Below, piece after piece: positions 25,850 to 40,647 of a stretch of DNA of 64,000 bases (the stretch's first letter is position 1; every line of letters starts with the position of its first letter). The DNA comes from Paramecium tetraurelia (lineage: Eukaryota): positions 1 through 64,000 of the forward strand of contig CT868668.1 of assembly GCA_000165425.1 (NCBI GenBank). Direction: 5' to 3'. The notes beneath the pieces are model-generated. The model saw nothing but the letters and a program-made list of their open reading frames with translations. It did not search any database and was not told the origin of the DNA. The position numbers were made by a program, and so were the translations under genes.

Positions 25850-28800
25850 ATTCACTCAACTTAATTTTTTAATTTATCATTTTAAATTTTGAATATCAAA
25901 CTTGACAGTTCATTTGTTAAAAAGTTGTCAGCCTCAAACGACTTAAAACTATTCTCAGCCTAACATTTAATAATGCTGACTTACATCAATAAATTCAGTG
26001 ATTCCTGACAAATCAAATGCCATGTTATTTTGCAAGACTTCATCTAAAATTGTTTTAGCATCATTTTCTGTATACTAGCTTTTTGGACAGTCAAAAATAG
26101 AATTATCTCCCGCCTCTACTAAATAATATTTAAAAAATGGAATCAAATTTGATATTTAACCTATATTAAATAAATCCATTTGTTTCCATAGTTCAGGTTT
26201 CATCATGGCTAAACCTTAGATAATTATTTTCATTTCCATAATATTAAATGCCGATTCTTCAATGAAGACCTTTAAGATCTTCAGTATCTGTTAATAAAAG
26301 GAAATTTTAATTAACCCTAAATTATAAAAATAGAGACCCTTTATTGGATGTTTGATCTTACCAAACCACTCAACAATTGCATCCTCGGCATCGCTTAAAG
26401 CTTATGTAGCATTTCCATTTTAATTAAGCTAGATGTAGTTTTACACCAATAACAGTTTCAACTCACTTATCTAGTGCTTATTTATTTTTGTTTTATCTTT
26501 ACACTAATTTGAGTATCCTGAAATTGCTTTTTCAGCCGCTTAACAAGAGTACAATATAAATATCTTTTGGTTAGAATTCTCATCCAATTTATAACAGTTC
26601 ATCTAAAAATTAATAAGATTATTTTGATAATCAAATTCTTCAAATTCCTATTAAGTAATTTCTCGTAATAAAACTTTAGCATTTCTTCTCTTTTTATTTA
26701 ATCTTCTAATTTCCTTCAATTCTTATAGCCGATCTTTTTTGTTATCTTGAATTTGTAATAATGCTTCTGGAATTAAATTCTCAGTAGCTATTCTATATAA
26801 AACATAAGCGATGACTTTCCAAAAATAGATTCTATGTCGTTGATTTTGTAATTTCAATTAGAATTGAAGTAAAATGGTTAGAGTGGGCATTTTAAATTGA
26901 CTTCTTGAAAGGATCTCTAAATGATTTAAAATACATTCAATCACAAAAAAATCATCGTTAACATTATCAAACAAAGCATCCTCAATTGACTCTGTGATAG
27001 GGATGCTTTTAGGCTGACAGATCTATTTGATAATATTCTTTTCCGATTAAAAGCATATCTAAATGTAAATACTGATAATGTACAAAATGGTTTTTGAATC
27101 CGTTTTTGTTCTCCTTAATGTAGAAACCCTGTTGTAAATCAAGTTAATATAGGTATGACAACACTAAAAGTGAATATTCATAAGCATTTTCCATATCTAC
27201 CATGGATATATAGTATCTGCACAAAAAATGAGAATGGAAGGCCCAAGTCAAACTGCCTTCTAAAAATTTATATTCACTTACTCTACCAATATACATATAT
27301 ATAATTACATCTTTAATAGTGTTAAGATTTCTTCATCCCCACATTCTGCCTTGATTGAACAAAATGCAGTCTTCAAGATTTATTAGAGTGGCAAAGTCAA
27401 CTTAACAAGACTAACAGTTATGAAATCTTCCATAATTGATTGTGAAAATTGCATATTAAAATAGTAGGGTAAATTGAAAAGGAAGTATCTTGCATTTAAT
27501 GTTTCATCTTCAAAATATTCTATCAGTTCATTTCTATGATAGAGTCTATTATAGGGAGGTTTAATCAGCTGTTATCGTTTCTATTTTAATACAGCTTCTA
27601 TTATTTGTATGTCTTTTTTAAATCCCTCATGAGAATCATTAAAGATAACAGCATTATTATCTAATAATTTCTTAGTAAAATAAACTATTAAATTAGCCAT
27701 ATCAATCTCTTCAAATTCATAGTATATTTGTATTAAACCCAAAATGAAAATTGAGTTGATAAAATATTCATTCAAATATTGCACAAAGCATTAATAAATA
27801 TCAGAAAGTTTCTTCTTTTATAGTAGCATAATTCTGGTTTGAGTTAAAAAATACTAATGATATCCAAAATAATCAGATTAAGTATTAATTAGCATGTTTT
27901 CAACTGGTTACTAAAGGATTTAATAATTTTTAGCTTTTGAAAATGTTGAGTCACCTTATATCATTAATTTAGAGATTTAAGTATATATTTCCTCTTAATA
28001 ATTAATATAAGCTGCAATATTTTCAAAATGCCTCTTCGAAAAACTATAACAATAAGACTAATAGATAAAAATTCTTAATTATATTAATCCTTAATGAAAG
28101 ATCCATGAAGCGGTTTCATTATTTATGTTAGAAAAATAATCTATCTTTACTCCAAATGTATATAACTTATGTAGTTATTGTAATTATAGAATTTTTGAAG
28201 TGCTTTCTAGATCTATTTACCCTAATAAGTCTTTATTTAATATGTTGACTCTTTACTTAAAGTTAATGGGACAATAATCATACAACTTTAACAAGAAATG
28301 AATAATTCTGATGTTCAAAAGAATTTTCATTTGTTCATTAGTTGAAGTTTATTTGAGGATATAAAGTAAGGCTGTTTTGTTCTTTAAACTACACTTTAAA
28401 TTGTTATAAGATAATAGTTATCTCCAATTAAACTCCATTTAAGTAGATTCTTCCAATTCCGACTAAATATATTGCTTGTTTTCCATGTTAGTTTTCAACC
28501 ATAAAATGGAATATCTTCCTAATTCACATTAAGATTCCTATTTGAAAAATTGTTCATTTTTTTCAGTGATTTTAAAATTAAATTAGAGAGAAGAAATTAA
28601 TTGTTGAAAATAAGTATATGCTGGAATATCTTTAAAGTTGTAATTAAGAAATTCTTTTTGCTTCATGTGATACAATTCGTTTTTACAATCATGTAGAATT
28701 ATTACTTACAAGTAGAGATAATAAATATACTATATTGCATATAGAGGGTTTGTTTTTATTTCAGAATTTATATTAAAGACCCAGACTTCCTCTTTTACTA

Positions 28801-31800
28801 TTTCTTATTCTTCCCTCTCCATACCAGGACTTAATTAATCGAAGTTAAATTAACTTGGACTTAATTCTTAGGCCTCACTCAAAATTTCAGGAAGCTTTTA
28901 TTTGTGCATGATTTTTTATTAGGTTTCAATTATTGAAGATATTGTTAATTTGGCAAATTCATAATGCCCACTAAAATATTATTATAAGGCAAATAAAGCG
29001 TAAAATTAGTTGAGGAATCGATTTACTTATTATTCAAACAGTAATATATTGTCTATGAGTTTAAGGTTTTTTCTTAATTAAGCAAGCAAGAATTATCTTT
29101 GCTTAGATAATAATTAGGAAGATTACTCTGAATCATTTTAAATTGTTTTTAGAATAATACATTGTTCAGTTTAATTTAAATTAGCGACATTGATATTTGA
29201 TATTAATTGCTTTATTATCAGTCTTAATTCGAATGTCAGTTTCTTTAGGATGTCAATAAAATAATTCAATTATCGTGTAACGTCATATTTTATTTGAAAT
29301 TTCGCTGCAATCTAATAATAGTATATTAAAATGATATCAAGGTTCTTTTTAAGTGAATGCGATGATAGCAAATATGAATTTAAATCTTCTATCAACTGTA
29401 TGCAAAAATACGAAAAAGGGCTTTCATTGATTTAATAGACTTCTTTCTTGATATAATCTTCATATTCTTATGTTAAATGTAAAGCATCATGAAATTATTT
29501 CATTCTGAAATTCAGATTAATTTTATGTAGCATTGACCAAGTAAATGCTTAATAAGATACTGCATGATGAAATTATTGCTTCTAATGATGTTCAATTTCA
29601 AATTTAATATCAGTAAAACAATACTATTTTTAAATGAAGTCTTATAGTTTCTGAAGATTATCTTCTAAAAATAATAATTCATTAATTAACCATTTTAAAG
29701 GATGCGTTAATTTTTCAAAATACTATTTTATATCCTCAATTTCTTCTAAATACAACATTTCTAAAACAATCTTCCCCAATTCAAAAAAAGAATTAACCTT
29801 TGTCATAGAATTCAGAATATAATATTCTCCTCTGATTAAGAAAATGTTTCTACTAGTTAAACTTTTACAATCAGCAAGCTTTAATAGATTCAAGGCAGCA
29901 TGGAGGAATTATTTGATTTCAGCTTCTGTATAAGGTATTCCGTAAGTTTTTCTGTATTTTAACACTTATAAAAAACTTTTGGGCTCAAAAGCTTCATAAA
30001 TGCATATACAATAACCCTTGATATAAAAGTCATCTATCTGATCAACAGTGTTGACAATTCTAAAGTAATTCTTACTTTCAGCATATAATATTCCTTCATG
30101 ATTATCTGCATACTTTTAAAGTTATATCTATTCTCCATGTTTTATTTAGATGAATTACAATAAGTAAGGCGTTTCCGATTATCCCATTTTGACTATCCAG
30201 ATGTTATCATGCATATGTTTTATGAATTTGATTTAAGGAATAGGGAATTATTCGATTTGGAAATATGAAAGTATGATTTCTTCAAGTACAGTTGTGGTTT
30301 TCTAAAAGATGGAAGAATCCTTGCATTAATCAACAATATTTTTGAATTCAATTGATTTTATATCTTCTATGAAATAATTTGACGAATTATTTCTTTGAGA
30401 ACTGAGAGGTAAAAACCATTCAACTTTTTATCTTAAATAAATATTTATAAAATTACTTTAGATCAATATTATTGAAAATATCCATAAAATCTGAAAATTG
30501 TATTTTTTCTAACGCAGAATAATCAATTTAAGAGTCTAATTCTGGTTATAAAGGATTTTCTGGTTCGAGATTTTCTATAATTTGAGTAATTTTATAAAAC
30601 TCTTAAATTAATTATAGTGATGGTTTCTTAACAACTTATTTTCTAAATCCTTTAAAAGTCAATGCCTTTATTTTTAGGAGAATAACTTTTCTTGTATTTA
30701 ACCATGCATGTTTCTCAACATACCTTTGATATTTCTTAACTAAATTTGTATATTCGATATTTTCTTCTCCATTATCATCTTCCTATTATCCAATCAATTG
30801 GAAATCTTTTCTAAATCGTTATTGAGCTTTTTCATCATAATAAGCTCTCATTTAATTCAGTTTTGAGGATATTATCAAATATCTCCTATAATCTAAATTT
30901 CTTAATTAAATTATTTTCCTTCTCATGTGAACAAATCTTTGCGATACTCTCCTATCAGTCCACAGTTATCTATATTTTGTTAACAATTAAGATTTATATA
31001 ATAAAGTATAAATTTTTAATAGTAGTCTAAGCTTTTATTTTTCCTTTTAATTTTTAAATACACATTTGAAAGCCCAATTCTAATCTCTTTAACTAAAATA
31101 CTCCAGAATTTTAGTAAATTAGAATTCACCCAAATATTATTTGTCTAAATTCTTAGTATATTATTCAACTTTGATGACGTTTAATTTTTATTTGATCTCA
31201 GGTATTTCGTAGTGATCATGTAATTCATCATCAGAACTGACTGTTTCAAATTTTCCAGATTCTGCAGAGTTTAAAGTCCCATAAACTTTTAAAATGGGAA
31301 ATCTTTTTAAAGCATCCTTATTTTCCTGAGATTTGCCTTCTTTAATTTTATTTTAAATAGTTGCTTTTATTAAGTATTTATGTCTTTTCATTAAGTCACC
31401 CAAAGCATCTGGGATTTGACCGAATATTGCTCCGATGAAAAACTTTCCAAAACAATTAAATATTAAAACACCCAAAAATACCATGATGAGTTCATATCCA
31501 AACTATTTATTATATTGTATTGTTACTACTCCAGTATTGGTTAATAAACAGATCAAACTGATAATCTCAAGAAAGAAATTCCAAATTCCTAAAGAACTTT
31601 CATTCTTAGGCCATGGTCTTTATAAACAATACAAAAAAGTGTTTTTCTTGACTTATATTTACATTATATTAGAAATCCATAGGATGAAAAAACTAAATGG
31701 AAATGTATATCCAAAAATACTTAAAAAGGAAATCAGTACGAATAATTCCATATAATCCTACATTGTGCCATACCTCTCAAAATCTTAGGAGTAAGGTTAC

Positions 31801-34750
31801 CTTGATGATTAGTCTTCAACAAACTCCATAATATCAATTTCATTGTAATCATAACTTTTTATTTTAATTTTAGTTAGTTTAAATAAAAATATACAGAAAT
31901 TTACAATTTACTTAAATAGAATTAAAATAACAATAGCAGAAAAATAATATTTAACGTGTCTTTCACAGTTAGTGCGTGCACAATATAAATTTAGTGGTTG
32001 ATTCAAATAATCTAAAAATAAAAGAGGAGCAATGTAAGAGAAAAATTGAAAAATGAACTTCTTTAATACAAAGCTTGTTTCATATGATTCAACAGTTTTG
32101 TAATTCTCATACTCAGTTAATTAACAGGCAATTTTGTCAAAGATATTGTCTGCAATTAATTAAGCAATAAAATTCATAGCTGCAGCTGAAGTGACTTCAA
32201 TTGTAGCTATATCAAATTATTTCAGTTCCTCCTAATACTTGTTGTGCAATTAAACAGTAAAAACAAATAAGGATACTATAATACCAATATAAAATAATAT
32301 AAAGAAAAATAGCAACATTGAGCTCACCAAAGTTCTTTTCAAATATTCATGATACAACACTTCAATAGAGTTTAGTTAGTCATTTACTAAGGATCTTATA
32401 TGTTTGCCTTTAAATTTGGATCTTTACACTTATTATTGATCTTAGTCATTCTGTCCGTACTTCAAATTGAAATAGATTTGTTTCTGTTTCCATAAATCAG
32501 TAAAGACATTGCTCCAATGAATTTGGACAAAGGCAAATATAATAGTAACCAAGATGTAAAAGTCACTTTCATTATCCCAAATTATCCATTAAATCAAACT
32601 GCAAGCAAGACCTGAAAAGGCTAATGGAGTTGTCATTTCAGTGAAATAACTCATGAAGTAAAAGTAGAGACCAATCTTTTCTCCATAATATCCACAAATT
32701 AAATCGCAAGGACTAATCCAGGGTCTCAAATAATCTAGTTTCCATTCATCAATCAATTAAAATGGTTTCTTCTTAAAAAACCTTGTGTCCAAAGTTATCT
32801 AAGCCTAAACATTGCTGCATTGTCCAAATAATTCATAATGATCGTTAAGACAGAATATTTATTTAATGATACCCAATTAATGCATAATACTGAGATCTAA
32901 TTCTTGAGACACTTTCTGATAGACTAATTTCAATCTCTCTTAAGATGAGAATAACGATATCTAATTATTCTCATTTTTGACATATTTTCTCCAACTTAAT
33001 TCTTGTTTTGCTTACTGTGTTTTTGTATTTTCTTTATTTGGCATTTAATAAGGGTGATACATATCAAAAGGAGGTATTTCTGATCGTTCCCATAAATTAT
33101 ATAATTTTATTTACTCTCCATTTGCAACTCTCAAAGCCTCTTAAAAGGAATAGAGATAATTCAAAGACACTGATTCTTTTTTTAATAATTTCAATGCCTT
33201 TACTGGAGGAATTTATAATGAAAATTAGAAATTTGAGAACTCATCCATAACTCTATCTGCTTACATCTATATTTGGTTTATCATTTCTAAATGCTCATAA
33301 TTTCTATGATCTTACAAATTTTAATAATTCAGATTTTGAATTTCTTTATTTGATGAATTTCTTTTTTAATATATTTAAAGAGAGGTTATTTATTTATTTA
33401 ACAAGCATGCCAATTCATTATCAATCAATTAACTCTATCTGAATTATCTAACACATTTTTCTAAGTGAGTCAAGTATTTATGGTATGCTATCCATTCTTC
33501 ATCTGTAGGTCCATCGTCTTTCTCACTAAAATCCAATTTACCATATTCAAATAATTACGAATTAATCGAACTTTGATTTGTTTCTCGAGCTATGCGTTTG
33601 AAATTAATCTGTTGAATTAATCTGATCATTTGTGGTTTTAAATATAAGAACAAGTCTGAGACTTCAAAATCCGAAGATTTCCAAATTCTATTATTAATTC
33701 TTAGAGGCCTAAATGACTTGTCTACAGGTTCTAAGGAAAACAAATCTGTAAACCAAAAATTTAATTACTTTAATACATGACCTTGATCAGCTACTATCTT
33801 CAGATTAGAATCTTGCATATTAAGCATCACAAAGATCTCGTGGCCTTCTCCAGACAGGAATGATTGAATATTGAAGCCTCCCTTGTTTAATTTAATTATT
33901 AAAGCATTTCTTATTAATGTAGAAACATCCTGGGTAGGAGTACCAGATCTAATCCACATGTCTTCTTAATTCTCCAAATATTGACCTCCTCTCCATTTTT
34001 TAAGCAAGGTCTATTTTAATTCTTTATAGTTTAAGGTTAAACAGTCCATTATATTTGCATGTATATCTTTTAATAGTAAATTATGAAACTATTTTTCTAA
34101 TTAAGATACATAATTCTTAATTATTTCTATTTAATTATGTTTAAGTACCATTTTTATCAATGTGATACCTTATGTCTGATTTTTCGTATAATAAATTTTG
34201 TTATTGCAAATCCTTTTCCCTTATGTGTTTTTATTCTTGGTTTTCTTCGGTTAATAGAATGGTTGGATCCTTTTTTTGGTGATAGCACGCATCATAATAA
34301 GGCAAATTAAAATATATCGACTCAATAGCTTTCAATAATAAAAGATCGTCTAGAGATTTCTAATTGATCCTCAATCCTGATTGTAGTAATTCAAACAGCT
34401 CGATGCTTGAATTAACCATGCATTAGTCATGATTCTCGTTCTTGTATTTATAGTCTGGGTTTATTAAACTAATTAAAATAATCAATCGTATTGAACCTAA
34501 ATACGCAGTCAGGAAATATTTCAATATCTTCACTCAGATCTTTCTTGAAATTCTTCAGAATGCAATTATAATTGAAGTCTTCCTCCTATTCCAACTCAAA
34601 TCCTAATAATGTTTTTATATAGGCCTAATATATTCCTAAAGGTTTCTACAAAACTTCGCTTTTTTTTTCAAATCTTGATTTCTTAGGTATAGTATTCGAA
34701 GGTTTTTTGACTAGCTTGTCTCTCCTTTGGTTAGTATCAAGAGATGACAT
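25850..34750 (-). CDS. Giant anoctamin/TMEM16-family protein with C-terminal pseudokinase and long helical region (~2,900 aa; 3' end approximate)
   Basis: ATG 34750. Anoctamin motifs CGYYGEKIGLYFYF, ENYKTVESYETSFVLKKFIFQF and FPFSFFILWISN..QRPWPKNESSLGIW (~32760-31400). Frame followed without TGA, with one 25-nt intron, into a kinase-like segment (~30230-29690) and on through spot-checked stretches to ~25850. Confidence 0.78.
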
Positions 34751-36173
34751 TATAATAAAATAGTTGTATTAAAATATTAATTTTTCTTATTAACACCATA
34801 TCAATTTTAGATAAGGTTGGAAGAATAATGATATCTACATTGACAGTTATTTAATTATATTATTTAATATTTAATTCCATCATTAAAATAAATAGGATGG
34901 TTTTATTAAAAGAAGTATTTAAACATATTAACAATGATTCAAAACAGATAGATTTTTATGGGAATGAAATTTAGTAGAATCAGATCTTACTAAAAATTTT
35001 AATAATACTTATTTTACTTTATAATTGACATAGCTTTATTTATATGTATTGAAATTATAAGCATATAAAACTTTAATAATTACGTTTATAAATAATTATT
35101 ATTCCAAAATTCTTAAATGATCATTATGTATAATAGCTATATCTAAGGTAGAAATGAATATTATTAAATAATAGTATCTTGGAATTTTATTGCAATAAAA
35201 ATTTTAGTTAATAATAGATAAGTGGATTTCAAATGTATTGATTATAATTATGTATTAATATTTTATTAGACAAATTAATTATAAGTAGACGTTGAATATT
35301 TACAAAATCAATATATTTGTCTAATTATTCAATAAAAAATATGATTCGATGAAAATTATTTATTTCATTATAAAAATAACTTTTTAGATTTCATCCAAAC
35401 TAAATTAAGATGTTGAAGATTTATTTTTGAGAAATTAAGATTATTTCTCAAATTGGTTGATAAGTTTGAAAAAGATGAAAATCAATAATTTATTGAATTG
35501 ACTCAATGATATCTTTAATGAAAAAACATACTTTGATATAAAAATATCTTTCTATTCGAACAGTATAAATATCCTTTTCTATAAGGCTATCATCTAAGTA
35601 TAGTTTCCTTCTCAAATTTAATATTTTTAAAAGAGATTAGTTTTGTTTTTCATACATGTTATTGCTATGAAATTTCATAAAATGATAATTGTCAATATGT
35701 TAAAGAAAACTTTTGTTCATTTTTGTTAATAGTTTTCTAATAGATAATAATTTACTAATTTCTAAACGTAAGCATTAAGAATAAGTATTTCTTAATTTCT
35801 AGCTTTCTAATATAGTTTTCAATTTGGATTATTATTATTTTAATCAAGAATCCTGATTGTTTGTCTGTAAGAGAGAGGGAGGTTGAGAAATTTTGAGAGA
35901 ATATAATACTGAGTAAATTTGATGCGTTATTTAAATAAAAAGAGTTCATTCAGTTAATAAAAGAAAAAAATATTTTTTATAATTACAAAAGTGGATGAGT
36001 CTGACAAACATCTATTTTAAAATTTTTATGCCATTAGGCAAATAATAAGTTTATAAAAAAATTTAAAAAAAAACCGACCATTGCCATTTTATTAGTTTGT
36101 GATAATATTTATTTAATAGCAGTATCGAATTTGATCAATTTAATATTTAAAATATCCTAGAAAAATACTTATT

Positions 36174-36840
36174 ATGCAAAATATTAAATAGTAATTTGAT
36201 GTTGGGGAGTTAGAAAGAAGAGTAAATTCAAATTTATACTAAAATTAAATTGATAATGAATAATCCTTTGGTGGTATAAGTATTAATATACTTAGCTTTT
36301 TACAACTTAAGTGCATAAAGTGAATAGTTAAGTGGCTTTAGTTATTTGAATGAGGTTGAGATTTAGCAAAATGATAAGATAGATCTAAAACAAAAAAAAA
36401 GACAGGAGCCTAAAAACAGAAAGAAAAAGAAGATGAGATACAAGATCAGCAATAAGAGAAAGACAAAGAAGATAAAAGGATTTCAAATAGATGAAGACAT
36501 AAGACTATTAGAATCAGTATTAAAATATGGAAGATAATTTTCAAGGTTGGTTAAATTATTTCCAAAAAGGACTGTCAGTATGTTAAAGAATCGATATTAT
36601 AAGAATCTTCGATATAGATGGGAAGAATTATTAGGAATGTAATTTTTCTATTTTGAGATTAGTGTCTATTATGAAGAGAATGAGGAACATTTTATAGAAA
36701 ATGGCTCAGTAAATTAATCTATTGATTAAATTGATCATAGTAGTTTGATTAAGATGTTACCTGAGTCATACAGTTGTCCAAAAATAAGAGATATGTTAGA
36801 ATGTTTGATCACAAGGGTGAATGTCATTTTGAATGTGTGA
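36174..36840 (+). CDS. Myb-like HTH protein (paralog 2)
   Basis: FQIDEDIRLLESVLKYGRQFSRLVKLFPKRTVSMLKNRYYKNLRYRWEELLG + phase-2 intron; TGA 36838-36840. Confidence 0.82.
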
Positions 36841-36986
36841 ATTTTGATGATAGTTATTTATATCTATAATTTTATGTTAATGAGTTGAAATAATGTAAAA
36901 ATAAGCAACTAAAAACTGAGATTGAAATAGAGAGAACATGATTAAATTATACGTTTTAATATGATGGACTTTATAAATTGAATATC

Positions 36987-39305
36987 TCAAAACATGTAAC
37001 TTAAGATGATGAAAAGAACACTGATTATTTAGCTATAGCACATTACACAGGTTCCATTCTTTTCTCCTGAATCCCATCTGGCGGTTCCTCCAGTTGAAGC
37101 GTAGCAAGTTGATGAAGTTAAACTTTCTAGATTAGGGGCTGAGGTGCATGTTCCATTGGTTAAGTAACAAGAGTTTACTTTGTAATTTTAGTTTGGAGTG
37201 CTTAAATAGAAATTGCAACTTTTAGTCTAAGTGTACAGACTTGTGCAATTGTATGAAGAACAAGTTCCATTAGCAGAAGCATCCCAATAACAAGTATTAA
37301 GTACTAATTCGCATTAGGCTTAGGTGTTAATCATATTGCAATTGCTGATACCTTAACATTTGGATGAGGCTTGATTCCATTAGCAGATACCATCAGTACC
37401 GACTGAACCAAAGCATTAATAGAATGTACTGAAATCACTGCAATTATTGAGGGAAGATGAGCATTTGCCACCGCTGATACCTGCGCAAATGATAGATTGG
37501 CTTAAACATTCTTGTTATGTGTTTGCACTCAATTAAGAACATGTGACAGTTGAGGAACCTGTTGCTTGACAACCGAGGGAATTGCTCCAATAACAATATT
37601 TGCTCAGAATACATTAGGTTTAACTAGTTAATTGGGAGCATTTTTAATTCTCGCATTAAGAATTACCAGCATTCCAATAACATTTAGGAGAAGACAATGC
37701 ACAATCAGTATAATTTGTCAATTCCTTGCAAGAACAATTGCTCTTGACATTTAAGACACTAGAATAATGGCAAGGTAAACACAATCCCTTTTGGGCATTG
37801 GATGGTTCACTCCAATGATGAGTTCTTCCTGTTGAACTAAAACATGAATTGACGTCATAACTGAAAGAATTATCAAAGGAATTGCACTTTTTGGTGTCAG
37901 GATTCCAAGTACAAATATTTAAGACATTATTATTGATATTGTTTTGAATGTAAGTACAACTTGATTCAGTCAAGTATTCTGAACAAGTTTTAACTTAACA
38001 TGAAGCAGATGTGCCAGTTTTCCAAATGCAAGAATTACTAAATTAATCACACAATTATCTAGTCATTAAATTAGAGCAACTAGTAATATTAACACAAGCT
38101 TTGCTTCCAGGTTCATAAGTACAATATCCGTCTTTGCCGATGGAATTATAGCAGATATTTGGTGTGGTAATTGATGAACATGAATTCAATGACACTTATG
38201 ATAAACAAGTAGTTCCATTGGATCCTGGACAAAAGATTGATAATGTTACACAAGCCTATCCATTCTTTCCTGCTATTTCAGAACAACTTGAGTAAGCTGT
38301 ACATTGAGGAGTTCCAGCAGCATTCCAGTAACATCCTTTTACTTAAGCACATTATTATTAGACAAGATAATCAGCACATGCCAAGGATTAACATGCGTAT
38401 GTTGTTCCGGTAGTAACTGCCCATTTGCAATTTCCAGAACTTTAGCATTCATTTTATTATAACAATTGTTAGCATTCACACTAATTACGATACACATATT
38501 TGAATGGATTGCATTATGCACAAATTCCACCGGATTCTATAGGAACCCATCTGTAATGACTATTAGTATTAGCAGAACAAGTGCTCTATGTTAAGGATCC
38601 AACTGGTGCATCTACACAGGTGGTACCGATATAATTGCATGGTTATACACCAGCACCAGTCAATGGTGATTGAAGAACATATTTGCAATTCTCTTGACTT
38701 AATTATTAGCATGTTGTAGGACTGCATTTTGTGCCTGTCCAATAACAAGCAAATTAAAATTATCTCAATTAACATTAATTTTAAGTGGCAATATCTCCAC
38801 ATTAACTTACTACCTTGCAACTGCCATTCCAATAGCATAGACCTTCATCTGCCAAAGTCTAACCTTTGGCTGGTTAACACTATTCTATTGTTGTTAAATT
38901 CTTGCATGATAATCCTGCTGCTATACATTAAGGTTTTTGTAAATTTGAAGGCACACAGGAAGGATTGCTTGATTAGCATGTTGCACCAGCTGCTAATTAT
39001 ATGTCCTCACATTTAGCTAGTGTGAAACAAACAATAGCTGCTTACTAAGTTGATTCTTAATAATAGCATCTATAGCTTTCTTTTAGACATTAAGTTTAAT
39101 TTAAATCTCCACAAGGCACTTATTAACAATAGCCTGTTGCTTTGGTCGTTGCTGTTGCAGGACTTACAACCGCCCATTAGCAATTCCAATTATTGCACTC
39201 TTATTCCGTAATTATCTATTAGCATGCGCACTAAACATTTGGAACGAAGTACGCATTTCCAACTGTGCAGATTGCTACTAACAAAAGCATAATTGAGATC
39301 TTCAT
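36987..39305 (-). CDS. Secreted Cys-rich surface protein, 3 tandem modules (772 aa, intronless)
   Basis: MKISIMLLLVAICTVGNA signal. Modules start CAC/CNC/CSC and end HYRW..GICAQC, THHW..GLCLPC, TARW..GTCVMC. Hydrophobic tail. 2319 nt in frame. Confidence 0.92.
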
Positions 39306-40647
39306 CTAGATTTTTGATTTATTTAATATTAATCTGCAAATCATTTCATTCCCCTTTTTGAATTGCAAAACACAATTGTATCATTTGTATAATAATTTAA
39401 ATCAAGACTATTCTATGTTATGTATGTTTTTATATAAACTCCATCAAAATATCATAACAGACAAAGAAATGATGTCATTCTATATTAAAATTTTTAGACA
39501 CTTTTAATATATAGAAAAACCCTCTATTAATTTTGTAATGAAGTTGATACTACTACTAACTTAAGAATACACTTAAAATGATTTATCTATTATTACTAAA
39601 AATAATAGGTAACATTTTTATCCTATGATCCTTTAGAAAAATTCTATAAATCCATATATTTTACAATTATATTAAATTTTTTATATAATTTTGTTAACAC
39701 TCTGATTTCAAAGCAAATCCCCTATCAACTCTAGTTCCACTCAAAAATGTAGAGTAACAAAGCCATTCATCACTTATATTCAAGAAAATAAATCCTATAT
39801 TGCTTATTAATCTACTCATAGTTAATTAAATATATTTTTTATAAGTACATTAATTAATACTATATAAAAAAATAAATTATTTATATGAATCAATTGTTCT
39901 ACAAGTATCAATTGATCAATAAAATTAAGTTTAAGAAATGGAACATAAATTTATTAATAGTAATATAATATTCAAGATCACTAATAAGGTTTGTAATTTT
40001 GAACCTAAAATAAAAAATAAATTCAGCAAAATTTGTTGGAATTTACGAATGCTCCCTTTAAAAATTAAAAGTTGATTTAAAATCTAAGTGAATAAATTTT
40101 GAATTGTTTCTCTTTAATTTGATTTGTTCATCAATAAATTGGAAAATTTGATATTATGCTGAATCTTACTCTTAAACAAAAATATCATGTACTTACATTT
40201 TAAATATTTGGAGGATTATTGATTTAGTAATACTATTTTGTAACAAATAATTCAAATTTCTTCCTAGTAGAAGAAAATAATTATACTAAAAGTTTCTATC
40301 TATTTAAAATTCACAGAATATTATTATTCTTTAAACAAAAATAATTATAAACCCTCAATTAATACGGACACTACTTTATTTAGAGATAAAGATTAAATTC
40401 CAACAGATTTATAAATTATAAATTTAATCCCTAATGAAATTATTATATTGAAAGAAATAATAGCATGCTTGCTAATCTATATAATTTCTGTTCAGGTATT
40501 TAAAGATGAGGATTATCGAAAATATAAGAGAAGATTAAGAAATAACATTCAAGACAGATTTTATTGAAAAATATTAAGAGTGATCAAATGTGAAAAATAA
40601 AAGCAAGAAATATTTATTTATTCATTTTGTGAAGCACAAATTTTAAA

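Noticed and set aside
34800..36170. AT-rich region with short coding-like frames
   Set aside because: No consistent exon chain or recognisable motif; left unannotated. The same applies to 39350-40640 and 55320-56330.
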